DNA from: Callorhinchus milii
Lineage: Eukaryota
Direction: 5' to 3'
NCBI RefSeq assembly: GCF_018977255.1
Contig: NW_024704742.1
Span: forward strand, 112,470,001-112,534,000
Length of the DNA: 64,000 nucleotides
The position numbers and the translations under genes were made by a program. Each line of letters begins with the position of its first letter. The first letter of the stretch is position 1. Below, piece by piece: positions 11,770 through 23,624 of the stretch. Below the pieces are notes generated by a model. The model did not search any database. It was not told the DNA's origin and saw only the letters and a program-made list of their open reading frames with translations.

Positions 11770-13123
11770 CTGTCACCACTGAACTCCTCATTCCTCTTAG
11801 CTCCCACCTCAGCGTGGTGCTAAATGCCTTGAGACATCCTCCGAACATAAAAAGTGCTACCTAAGTGTATATTGTGTTGTACTAATTCAAGTTACTTACT
11901 CTCTCAGATCACATGGCGCTGGCTCAAAGAACATGATAAAAAATGTTTTATTAGAATTGTTATCCTCTTTAAAATCAGTGCGTTACACATCAAGTGGTAC
12001 ACTCAATTATTTTAAAACTCCTAAATACTTCTGAGTGAAAATAATAAGAGTTTGGCTACAAAATACACAATCAAAATAGACACTTCATAATAAATCCTGT
12101 AAAGTGCGTTGAAACATCCACTCCTCCTGAAAGTCGCTAAATCAAATACAAAGATTATTATTATTGAATGTGTTTGTGTTCGTGCTGAAGGTAGCTGTTG
12201 TGGAAATTAGAAATATATATCAAATCAAACTCAGGATCCGTTTTAGTTGGGTTTTATTTTTCTACCCCATTTCTCATCATGGATCTGTGTTCTTTCTGAC
12301 GTATGTTTTTTGTGCCAGCCAACTGGTCCTAACAGAATAGGCAAGAGACTAGTTTTTCTCAGGCCACTAACCATCTGGTAGGTAATTCATGTGGCCGATT
12401 CTTGCTTCAGATACTATCACCTGCTCACTGCCTTCTCTGTCAGCTTCATCAGACATTGGGAATCCACAGCCCAAATAATCTCTATTTGAACTAGTATCAT
12501 ACAATTCAGTGATGCAACTGGTCAATTTGGTAAAAAATCATACAGACCAACATCAATACTAAAGTGATGCTGACTTAAAGGGGCACTATCATTACGAATA
12601 AAGGCTTTTCGTCAACTGTTTTCGTTCATTTTAAAATGTAAAAGATCCAGGAGAATTGTGGACATTGCAGTTAAGGTGATTTCATCCATAAATAATGCCA
12701 TAATAAATTTTCATATTGATGACATTGAGATTATTCAATAAACAACTTGCTGCTCTAATGGGAAGATGGTACAATTGGTATACTAGAAGCATGACCTTTG
12801 TAACCTCCCAACTAGACTAATGCACTCCTTGGAGTCACCCTAGTCCTACCATCCACAGGCTCCAGCTGATATAAAACGCCATTGCCCATATTCTCACCAT
12901 CTCCAAATTCCTCATGCACAGGCACCCTGGGCTCCCTGTCTCCCACCAGATTGATTTCAAGGGTATCATCCTCACCTATAAATCCCTTCATGCCGCGCCC
13001 TTATTGTGCCAACAGTGGTTGCTGACCCATCAGCAACTATACTCCTATCCTTTCTCTCCAGCCTTCCATCTGACCTCTCTATCTGTCTTTCAATTTTTTC
13101 AATTCAGTAATTAAAGCTTTTTT

Positions 13124-14760
13124 TTACATTTACATTTACTTTTACATTTGTAAAGCACCTTTCACATCGGGAGGATGTCCCAAGGCGCTGGACAGACAGA
13201 GTTACAGACCCGAGCTGAGAGGCGGGGTTGGGGAGGGCGGAGGGCAGGGGGGNAAGCAGGAGATCGAAACCACGGTCAAAGAGGAGGGTCTTGAAGGTGG
13301 CGAGGGAGGGGACGAGGCAGAGGGATTTCAAGGGTATCAGAGTGTTCCAGAGTGTGGGGACAGAGCGGGTGAAGGCCCGACTGCCAATAGTGGGGTGAGC
13401 GAAGTGGGGGACATGAAGCAGACTGGAGTCCGCTAAGCAGAAGGGGCAAGCAGGATGTTAGGGGGTTAGGAGATTGCAGAGGTAGGGGAGAGCAAGACCA
13501 TGGAAGGCTTTGAAGGTGACAACCAGGATCTTGAACTGTCTCCTCTGTGTGATGGGAAGCCATGGGGTTGGGTAAGGATGGGGTTGATAGGGTCGCAGAG
13601 CCTAGTGCAGGAGAGGACACGGTCTGCAGACTTCTGGATGAACTGCAGCCTGTGGAGGGAGGAGTTGGGGAGGCCGACAAACAATAAGTTTGCATAGTCG
13701 AGCGGTGTGAGACAGTGGCGGAGCCGGGCGATGTTGCGGAGGTGGGGGAAGGCAGAGCGGGTCATGACGCAGATGTGGGCTAGAAAGGATAGTTGAGGGT
13801 CAAACAAGACACCAAGGTTCTGGACTGGCTTAGCAAGGTGGAGTGTGCAACCATGGATGGTGATGCTGTCAGCGTCTGAGGTGAGGAGGTGCTGATGGGA
13901 GCCAATCAGGAGGGCCTCGGTCTTGTTGATGTCCAACTGAAGAAAGTTAGCTCTCATCCTAGACTCCCGGAGTCAAGGGTGAAACCAGAGAGGTAGAGTT
14001 GGGTGTCATCTGCATACATGTGGAAGTTCACCGCATGTCTGCGGATGATGTCACCAAGAGGGAGCATATAGATATTGAAGAGGAGGGGACCAAGGACAGA
14101 GCCCTGAGGAACGGCGCACAAGACAGTGCGGGGGTTAGAGGAGAAACTGTTTGTGGAGATAAAGTGGAGGCGGTGTGAGAGGTACGATCTGAACCAGTCA
14201 AGGACAAAGCCGTGAAGGTTGAGGTGAGAGGAGAGGTGGTGGAGGAGGATAGAGTGATCAATGGTGTCGAAAGCAGCAGAGAGGTCAAGGAGGACGAGGA
14301 GACAGAGGGACAGAATATCATTTGTCACTTTGACCAGGGTCATTTCCAAGGTCATTCCAGGACCTTGGAGAGGAAGGGGAGGTTGGAGATGGGGTAGTAG
14401 TTAGGGAGAAGAGAAGGGTCCAGGGAGGGTATTTAAGGGTAGGAGTAATGACTGCATTTTTTAATGGGGTGGGAACAGTACCAGAGGACAGGGAGAGGTT
14501 TATGATGTCAGTGAGTAGAGGGGCAAGGAGGTGGAGCTGGGAGGTACGGAGAGGGGTAGGGGTGGGGTCGAGAGAGCAGGTGGTTAGTTTCATACAGGTT
14601 ATGGAGGTGATGAGAGAGGGGAAAACTGTTTAAAAGTATGGAGAGAGGGATGGGTAGGGGTCAGGATGGGAGGAAGAGATGGGGAGGGGATAGCAGATGC
14701 AGTCGCAGAGGCAGCTGAGCAGATTCCCTCAACTTTGGATTTGAGGAAGTCCAGCATCAC
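13124..14760 (-). mobile_element. L2 LINE, 5'-truncated, frameshifted RT domain through 3' end
   Basis: ORF pieces LLDLSAAFDTIDH, VPQGSVLGPLLF, HMYADDTQLY and NFLQLDINKTE, with a (tgtaaa)n-type tail. Confidence 0.97.
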
Positions 14761-14934
14761 ATTTTTTTTGCAACAATCTAATATGCATTATTTCCTATAA
14801 GGAAAGAGTGTTGCAAAAAAAATATTAATTGTTTGTTTAACAAAAACTGGATGATTTTTTTTGGTGGGAGGCGGGTGGGATCACCAGCGAGGTTACAGAA
14901 GCTCACTACCTCTTTCCCGTCAGGACCAGTACCG

Positions 14935-15172
14935 CACACAGACACACACTCAGAGACCCAGAGAGAAACACACATACAGACCCAGAAAGAGACACAGACC
15001 CAGAGAGAGAGACACACACACACACAGACCCAGAGAGGAATACACACACACACAGACCCAGAAAGACACACACACAGAGACACACAGACACAGAGAGACA
15101 CACACAATCAGAGATACAGAGAGAGATACACACAGACACTAAAACACAGAGAGAGACTCAGTGACACAGACA
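14935..15172. repeat. Compound (CA)/(GA) microsatellite or degenerate minisatellite
   Basis: Repeats of acacacacagacccagagaga-like units. Confidence 0.95.
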
Positions 15173-15179
15173 ATCACAA

Positions 15180-15400
15180 CAGCGGGGCCTCCGAATGTAG
15201 CCCATTTGCGCCACCGTTCGCATGCGCGGCCGGAGCCGCTACGCCCACAGTGACGTCAAATAAAGATCGTGAGCGGCCCGCGGGCCATAAGCTACATTTA
15301 TGGGGGTTTGTAGCGGGGGTGGGGCAGGGGTCATTGTTGCGGGAAGGGTGTATTGGCCCAGGTCATTGGTGATGATAGACTAGCTAGTCTGGCTTGTTGA
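15180..15400. promoter_or_regulatory. CpG-rich promoter-like island
   Basis: Dense CpG in a CpG-depleted background. NRF1-like tcgcatgcgcg (15218-15228), palindromic CRE tgacgtca (15251-15258), two reverse CCAAT boxes (15352, 15365), G-run cluster at 15302-15330. Confidence 0.7.
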
Positions 15401-15427
15401 CAGGACTAAGAAGGGGAGACAATCACT

Positions 15428-15685
15428 GGGGGCAGGGATGCTTCCTCTGTGCCTCTTGTTAACTCTGCAAGTCAAAGCTCTGATGGTACGATGATCCTCG
15501 CTGGCCGAGCGAAGGGAAGCTTGCCAGACAGTGCTCTCAATGGCAATTCATGCGATTTTACCTGTTAAACTTCCACAGAGCCCCGATACAGTCTCTGTGA
15601 CTACCCACACCTATAACCCTCCAGAACAGGGTCAGCAGGGTGTGTTCCTCCCGGGAGAGAATGTGCATTCCATTCCAGGCGCAAA
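15428..15685 (+). mobile_element. Unclassified repeat family X, copy 1
   Basis: Shares aagcttgccagacagtgctctcaatggcaa exactly with 19017-19046, and gagaatg.gcattcc. Confidence 0.8.
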
Positions 15686-16201
15686 TAAAGTTTTCTTTTA
15701 TCAAACCCACAAACATTCTGCTGCAATAACACTTTTGATGCAGTTTTCCTGGCTCCTTGAGGATAGATTACCGTAAATAATATTTCTTAAATTTGATATT
15801 CTTAAATCATGTCATTGAGACATCTCAAAGCACTTCACTTCGAAGCACTTAAAAATTTATTGTAAAGTGTAGTGATTGTGTAGGCAAACATGGCAACCAA
15901 TTTACACACAGCAGGTCCCACAAACAGTCTTGAAATGAATGAGCATGTTGCTAAAGCACCAATATGAGATTATTGAACACCACTGAGAGCCATCTTTTCT
16001 AACGTGTTCAGTTACCTTGTTTTATAACTGTAATGAACTGCTGCCTTTCCATCATCATTCTGTTATCCTTAAGCAATAAGGGCCACATTGTTTGTGTCAT
16101 AGATGTCCTCTGGGAGAACATCAGTTCTATTTTGTATCAATCAAATGCAGACATTCATGTTTCCCTCAGCTGGATGGTTGCCTTTTCTTTATCCATCCTA
16201 G

Positions 16202-16289
16202 GCATGGAAAACTGTCAGTAAAATGTGCTCAAGAGGATGGAATATCTTGCTGAGAATCACTCCACAACTTACACTACACTAGAGAACAT
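16202..16289 (+). other. Candidate exon (product unknown)
   Basis: Acceptor ccttttctttatccatcctag|G and donor CAT|gtgagt. ATG at 16237 in strong context (aggATGg). Confidence 0.35.
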
Positions 16290-16759
16290 GTGAGTTTCTT
16301 TGCCCGTGAGTCAAGGGTAGGATTTGAAACCAGTTTGCACTGAAATGCCGTGTTCAACAGTTAGGAAACCTTAACAAAGACTACATTAGAACTATGAATT
16401 TAATTCTTTATTGGATGGACCTAAATGAAAATATTGTGCCCAACTAATTTTAAAAAACAATTGGAGTGAAAATGTGATGTGTGACGTGCTAACCGGCTCT
16501 AATGATAATTGTCTAATCAATGAAAATTGTGTTCTGAACCATTTCATCACTATGATTTGGGCTGAAGTTGGCCTAAGACTACAGGCTCCATTGTTATTCT
16601 TACTCATAGAACACAACGCTTCACTGCCACTGCACAAGAAACCAGCCTAACAACTCAATCTGATGAGTTTTACTGCTATTGCTAGTCTGGCATTTGGACT
16701 GGCTTGGATATTATGTGCCAATGAGAGGCCTCAGAATAATGGAGATGCATTCCGTCAGA

Positions 16760-17010
16760 AATAGGGATGTATAGTGGGTTACATATATTCTTTTGTAACT
16801 TTAGTTCAAATCCAGTTCAGGTTGATTCCATTTATTATCAGCAAAAATCCTACATGAAATAACTTGGGTACTTTCAATCCCATTTCTATTGGCTGTGCGT
16901 TCATGGTGTTTACAACATTGTTTGTTTCACCACTAAGTCTCAGCTCGGGATGACGAGTATAGGAAATGGAGAATGTCACACTGGTGTAATAAATGCTGTT
17001 CTTCTGTGTT
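16760..17010 (+). mobile_element. LF-SINE-like ancient SINE relic
   Basis: agttcaaatccagttcaggttg, cctacatgaaataacttggg..tcaatcccatttctattgg and agtctcagc are collinear with the LF-SINE consensus as I recall it. Confidence 0.55.
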
Positions 17011-17859
17011 GTTGGTATAGGGTACGTTAATAATCCTTATAATAATAATATAAAAATAATCCTTACATTGATATAGCGCCTTCTCACGTCATTGAGACAT
17101 CTCAAAGTGTTTCACAAAATATATTGTAAAGTGGATTAACTGTATTTTATAATTATAATTAATCCTTGCACTTACACTTGATGTAATGCTTTCTGCAGCG
17201 CTTTACAGGATTCACTGTAAAATTTAATGACCGTGTATTTTGCAGTCAAATGTGCCAATCAAGCCCAGTCTTGCCTTCACTCAATGTCCACACAGATTAA
17301 CTTTCCATCGGGGGGCTGGAGGGGGGTCGGAGGGATTCTGTACACTGTAACCAGAAGTGAGAATCATATCTGATATTCCCCACCTCACAACATCAGTGCT
17401 GAAACCAAACTGTAGTGACCAAACTACTAAGAACGAATAATTCAGTGTGGTCTCAATCCATAGGAGGCTTCAAAGCTTCTAAGTTATTGTCTGTAGGGCT
17501 GCACTTATCCCTTCTGAGTAGACTCCCTTTTTTACACAATGATATTGCAACCCTCTTTCCCTTCCCCCACATACATTAAATCTATTTGTACTCAATTTTG
17601 AACAGCTGTCATACAAGGATGGACCCCTGTGATCTTGAGTCCGGGATGTTGTAAGTGCTCAATGAACCAAAACAGGGAAGTCACTGGGATGAAATGATTA
17701 ATGATACTTCCTGTTGCAAAAGGAAGGCAGGAAGATAGATTTGTTGTTAAATGTTGAACTATTATATCAGTTTAACCCATGTTCAAACTAAGTAGCAGTA
17801 ACACAATCTTATACATCCAAATTCCAGAACAGAAATCAGGAAATGAAGCTTCAACAAAC

Positions 17860-18110
17860 ACCAACAACTTATACAGTGCCCTTCACGCAAATAGCAACTC
17901 AGAACTCAGATCACTTAACCGTGGTATAGTTTCACCCTGATCTAGAAAGAGAGGGGAGGTGAACAAAGGCATGGTCCAAGAGGAAAATCCTTAGGTGAGA
18001 TTTGAAGGTGGGCAGTGGGGGCAAGATGGAAGGATTGAGGCAGAAAGTCCCATAAATTCGGGACATAGTGGCTGAAAGTATGGATGCTAATGATGGAGCG
18101 GAGGATTCCA
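17860..18110 (-). mobile_element. L2 3' fragment, old
   Basis: caacaacttatacagtgcccttcacg...aaaggcatggtccaagagga...catagtggctgaaag. Confidence 0.7.
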
Positions 18111-18924
18111 GCTTCTGCCATTTTTTATTTTGTAAAGTACTTTTTTTGGTGTAGTGTAGGTCATAGAGTGGTCTCTGTGATGTTCTTGTTTAATATTTGT
18201 TTTCCAGGGATGATCTGCTGCGTAGGAGTGAAATCCTAGCTCACTCCAGATAAAAGTAAACATTTTACTGATTGTTTTACCAACCAGGCTAGACATGATG
18301 CCCCCAGGTTGATCAGTAAAGCATTCATTTTAGAAACTATTCACTTGCCTAGGTGAGCTGTCATCTAATGGCTGATAATTAACATTGGCAAAGTTAAGAA
18401 ATACCGTAAACATTACTCCATTGTTACAATAAATAATTCTTTTTTTGATATAATGCCTTTCATGTTGGGAGATAATGGTTTGGCACAACATGTTGGCATA
18501 CCAGTATACTGCAGCAACATGTAACAACATGCCGTTAAATTAGATAAGAGAACAATGAAGAAATGAAGGGGGCCATGCATACATCTGTTGAAGTGAACAG
18601 CTCAATCGTGCTGATTTGAACATTATAGGTACTACAGTATATAAAATTATTGGCAATGTCTTATTATTATAGTGGTGGATAGACTGTCTGAATGTTTGCT
18701 AATTGCCTTTGGGATCACACAGTGAAAGTTTGCAGAACTTTCCAAGATTAAAGAGTTCACGAAATGCTAGACTGAGTCTAATAGGTCAAATGCCCTTTAT
18801 CTGTCATGCTTTTCCTCTTTAGTATTTCATGCATGGCAGTTTCCTGGTTGGAGGAAGGGTGATGCATTCTAATCTGTAGACTTTGGAGACTATAAAATCC
18901 TCATGTTCTTGAGCCTTAAAACTT

Positions 18925-19445
18925 AGGGATGCAGGGATACTTCCCACTGAGCTCCTGTTAATCCTCCAAGCCAAAGCCCCAACAGGTAGGGTGGTCCTAG
19001 CTGGACATGCAATGGAAAGCTTGCCAGACAGTGCTCTCAATGGCAAGCTTTGTGATTCTAGCTGGTTGAACTCAAGCAGTAACTCAACGCACACTATGGA
19101 GTTCCCTAACATTTGCTCTTGTCAACCTGCATCTAAAAATCTCAGGCATTAGTTAAGCAGGGAGAATGCGCATTCCATTTCAGAAACAAAGACATTTTCA
19201 TGTGTAGGTGGCATACAAATGTGGAACTCTCAGTCTGGTTTAGATATTCTTAAGCATGATGCTGGGTTTCTGCATGTGTCAAACACATGACTAATGAAAA
19301 AAAAGGTCACATTTAACCTTGTGCGTATTTTTGGAAAATTCTTAAATTCTTGATTTGGAAGCCAATTTTGAAAAACCACTTCTAAATTATGACTGAATTT
19401 AAAATTTTCAAAAATTCTATGCAATCTTAAATTTTAAGTGAAAAA
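18925..19445 (+). mobile_element. Unclassified repeat family X, longest copy, with terminal AT-rich hairpin
   Basis: Collinear with 15428-15685, 34950-35090 and the reverse complements of 30222-30520 and 62790-63232. Confidence 0.85.
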
Positions 19446-19854
19446 TCCTCTGGCTGACACCATAGAAAGCTTCAGGCCTTAGGAACTTGACTTGATCACT
19501 TGATCACTACTGATCACTACTAGAAACCTCTCCTACCAGGTTTCCCTGTCTCCTCAGATGACTCAGTAAGACTGGCAAGTTTGCCTTCCAAAAGGAAGAT
19601 CTGAGTTGAATGTTGGTTTGAACAGGAAGTCAAATTCAGGTACGAGTTGTGAACATGTGTTTACACTTTGATTTGAAACACTAAGTATGGAAAAGCAGCT
19701 ACTATTAATAATCCAAGTGCAAAAAAAATCAGTTATCATTGCAGTAAATTTATATTCTAATGAATTATTTCTGACTTCTGGCACGTGCTCCGAGATGCTA
19801 CCCATGTGAAGGGCACTGTATAAGTGCAAGTTGTTGTTCACTTTTGGTCAGCCA

Positions 19855-20070
19855 GGTGTTTAACACACGTGGAAACAGTCATCACCATACTTAAGAGTAT
19901 CTAAATCAATCTTCTGTGCATCCTATCTATACATGGAAATGCCAGAGATAGATTGTCAGAATGGAATGCACACTCACCCGTAGGAGAGATGCACCCTGCT
20001 TTCCTAATTCCAGAAAGTCTTAGGCTCAGGTTGGCAAGAGCTTAGGCTTGGACCCCAGAGTGTCCATTGG
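19855..20070 (-). mobile_element. Family X partial copy
   Basis: catcaccatacttaagagtatctaaa and aatggaatgcacactc are reverse complements of the corresponding parts of 19160-19265. Confidence 0.75.
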
Positions 20071-21219
20071 GGTCCTGTTGGAGCAAAACCACAGGGTTAG
20101 ACTTGTTCACTTTAAAAGGTTGGCATTACTTTAACAGTGTCACGAAATGTGACTTTACTGCTCTATCATGTGTGCATGATGTCATCTCCTTTCTTCTGGA
20201 GATGATGTGCTGATGGGTCAGTGAATCATTCACTGAGCTCTGAGAATCAATGCAACAATAATGCGAACTCCATACTGTAATGCTGTGTGACTTGCTTTTT
20301 AGCCCTTAATTTATTCATGAGTTCTTAAAATTTCCTGTCACTTTGAGTTTAGTTAATGGGAAAGAACAGTTTAAATAATAGACAAATCTTAACACTTTGA
20401 GTACTAGATTTCTTTCAAAGCTGGTGGTACGTTATCTAAAACCTGCAAATCTTATAGCAACATGTTAAATACGATCACAAAGTTTGTGTACCATTACTGG
20501 TTATATATTATTAATCAACTGGTTGCTGAAGATGTGGAAGCTAAGAGGTGGAACTGTATTGCGCAATTGATATACTATAATTATCTGGAAAACAAAATAG
20601 CAGAAAAAGCAGACTGAAGAAAAAAAACACCTCTCTGGATGGGTCTGATTATTTTAATGCAGCTTTGCCTTTGTCATAGAAAACTGTAAAGCACTGTTGT
20701 TTTATTTAGTGCAGTGTTAGTAAATTGGAATATTTGTTGCAATATAAGTAATAATTGTAATTCAATTCTAAGACCTTAGATTTCTAATAGCAGCAACTTT
20801 AGTAGCCTCTCGTGGGCACAGCTGATGTGTTCTGTGTTCAGAAGGCAATGAACATCTTTTATGAATAATATGATCTTATTTCCATGAGAAATACTGACTA
20901 CATTTAGGATTTTGCTTCTCATGAATTATGGTTAACCTCATCACAAGTGGAAAGAAAATTGCAGAGAATTCAATATTCTATTTCTGACACTAGTGGTTCT
21001 TATTTGGTTCAATTCAAGCATTCCATATTTTATGAAACAGTTTCCCCTATCTTAAGGTCAAATAGCAAGAGGAAGTGGTTTGATAACTGTCATCTTGTGA
21101 TGTTATTCATACACGAATCCTTACCAAGCAGAAAGATATAAACAATAAAGTTACTTTGAGCAAAACTTCAACGCATTCTGATGTAGGTCAGTGGTTAGTT
21201 ATGCTTCCATTTTATATAA

Positions 21220-21652
21220 CAATAATACTTGGATTTGATATAGCACCTTATTATGCCATCAAGACATCTCACAGCACCTTAGCAGTGACTGGGATCTATA
21301 GGCAAATGCATCAACCTATTTTCACTCAGTGAAATCCTACAAATAACCATGAATTGAGTGACCAAGTTATCTGGAGGATTATTGTTAAGCTTACGAGGAG
21401 AAACTATCTAGTTTCTGATTTCCAGTTTCTAGTGATTGTACCGGGATCTTTAATCTCTACCTTAACAAGCACCTCCAACTGTTGCATGAGATCTTAAATT
21501 GAAGTCACATTTTGAGCTCATAGTCCAGGCTGACATCCCAATGCAATGCACACTCACCCAGTTTGAAACATGATCTCAAGTAAACAATAAGATTTGAACT
21601 CACAATTTTCTGCCCAAGGCAATAGTGCTACTGACTAAACCAAGCTGACACC
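21220..21652 (-). mobile_element. Old Deu-SINE (composite, degenerate)
   Basis: Tail aataatacttggatttgatatagcacc, gggatctttaat, head aaccaagctgacac. Confidence 0.7.
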
Positions 21653-22164
21653 TGACTAAACCAAACTACTGTTTACAAACCAACTAGTTATAACTGAAGG
21701 GGAAAGTATCATGCATTATTTAAAATCCCGCTTATAATCAAGGAGGATGTGGAAAACTTCAGAAACTATTTATTGCATAATGATGCTTTAAAACCACGGC
21801 ATAAACATGAAGTCATTCGGTTTAACATAAGATATTTCAGGATAGTAATTTATGATTAAAATATATTTGAAAGCTTCAATTAAACTAGGGCAAAGGTATA
21901 TTTTGACCCAGCGCCTTGGGATGTCTTCCTGACGTGAAAGATGCTCTACAAATGTAATTTTGTATTGTATTGTAAACTAAAGCAAAGATTGTAATGTCAT
22001 ACAAAACAGGCAAATTGAGAGAAACACTGAATGTTTTTTAATGCTTCAGACAGACCCAGATAACAGGCTGCAGTGGTAAGCCACTTCCACAACCTCTGCT
22101 ACAGTGAAGTTTGAAATTTCCTTTTCACTGAGTTTTACTTAATCAGATCAGGTTAGAGTAACGA

Positions 22165-22472
22165 TAATTTTTATCAAGTAGATTGTTGGCCAGGACACCG
22201 GGACAAACTTCCTTCTCTTTTTGTATAGTGCCATGGGATATTTAATGTTCAGGCAGACAGAACCTCAGTTTATTGTCCATTTGAAGGAAGGCACTCAAAC
22301 TGCATTGGAGTGTCAGTCCGGACCAATGGTGGCCAACCTGTGATCCGCAGGGCGGAAGCTATTTTGTTGACCATAAAGATTGACCACTACTGGTCTAGAC
22401 TATGTGATGACATGGGACTTAAACCCGCAACCTTCTGACTCAGAGACAAGAGTGCTACCTTGAGCTAGGCAC
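22165..22472 (-). mobile_element. Old Deu-SINE hosting a nested MITE
   Basis: ttggccaggacaccggga...gtgccatgggat...caaccttctgactcagag. Confidence 0.8.
22324..22392. mobile_element. 69-bp hAT (Charlie-like) non-autonomous DNA transposon (MITE)
   Basis: Imperfect TIRs caatggtggccaacct / agattgaccactactg. 8-bp TSD gtccggac / gtctagac. Confidence 0.75.
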
Positions 22473-22584
22473 AAGCATAAAGTAAGAGTTTCCATAGGAA
22501 TTAATGGATTGTTTATTTCATGAAGAAAATGTGCTTGGTAAATATTTGGCCAGTTGATTACAAACACGCAGCATGCTCACAAGA

Positions 22585-22870
22585 ACATTTTGGACACAGA
22601 AAGCCCTTCGGCTCATTTGATCAAGTCCTTTCTGAATGCTTACTTTTTGCCATTACAACATGAAACTACTTCATAAATGACTCCAGGACCATGACTTCAA
22701 TTACCCCTGCTTAAAACATATTCTTGTGGTTGGTTATCCTTGTAGCGAATATCCACTTCCTGGTCTCTGTCCTAAAGTTGGCCTTGACAACCCTTAAATC
22801 AGTGACGTCTTGTTCTATTGCCTGAAAGTATTATTCTACGTTTACTTTCTTTATCCCTTTTAATATCTTG
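22585..22870 (-). mobile_element. CR1 3' fragment, old
   Basis: acacagaaagcccttcggctcat...cttcctggtctctgtcctaaa...ccctttt aatatcttgtat, resembling a reverse-complement CR1 end. Confidence 0.5.
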
Positions 22871-23624
22871 TATGATAAAAATCATATCCAAATGCAGACG
22901 GATGTGGTTTGATTACATCATTGGGAGGACAAATGGGGTTTAATATGTAGAAATGTGAAATGGAACTGAACTACAAAGGATGCAGGCAGCCCGAAGTTTG
23001 TACTACTTAGGCGATTATACAGATCAGACTTATGCAAGGCTTACTGTACTTAGTGCAGAAGCTTACCTTAGCATACCCAGGGTGTTGCTTGTTTTTGCAA
23101 CAGTTCAAAAGAGTACATTGTGTAAAAGACTGAGTAATCGGTAAAATCAGTTTGGCCATAGAGTCAGCCTGACAGGGTTGTTATGAAGCAGAAAAAANGA
23201 ACCCCCAGGGTAGCAAGAAGCTGCAGCCTGTTGTACCATAGGTGCCTCGTTACATTATGCATTATAATTATTATCATATCATATTCTTTAAAAATAAAAG
23301 AGTGGTTGAAAAAATGTCTGTGCTTTATTATTGTCTACTTCAAGTTTTATTTTTTGATGCTGAACCCAAGTCATTCCAAAAGCTAGTCTGAGTAGAGCAC
23401 AGCCTTATTTTGAGTGTCGCACTGATCTAGATTCTGTGAGAACTTGTGTATCCAGGCATGCTGGCTTTCATCTGACAGCAGAATGGCCTGCCTGTCTTCT
23501 GTACAGATGCACAGGCATTCCCTGTAGCATAGAGAGAATGAGAAGACAGCAAATTCTAGTTCGATGAAAACTCAAAAAATCTTTGAGTCTTGGTTTGGTG
23601 GTGTTCCTGTCTGCCACATATTCA

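Noticed and set aside
14778..15372. ORFs of 77-179 aa around the promoter
   Set aside because: They are translations of the CA/GA microsatellite.
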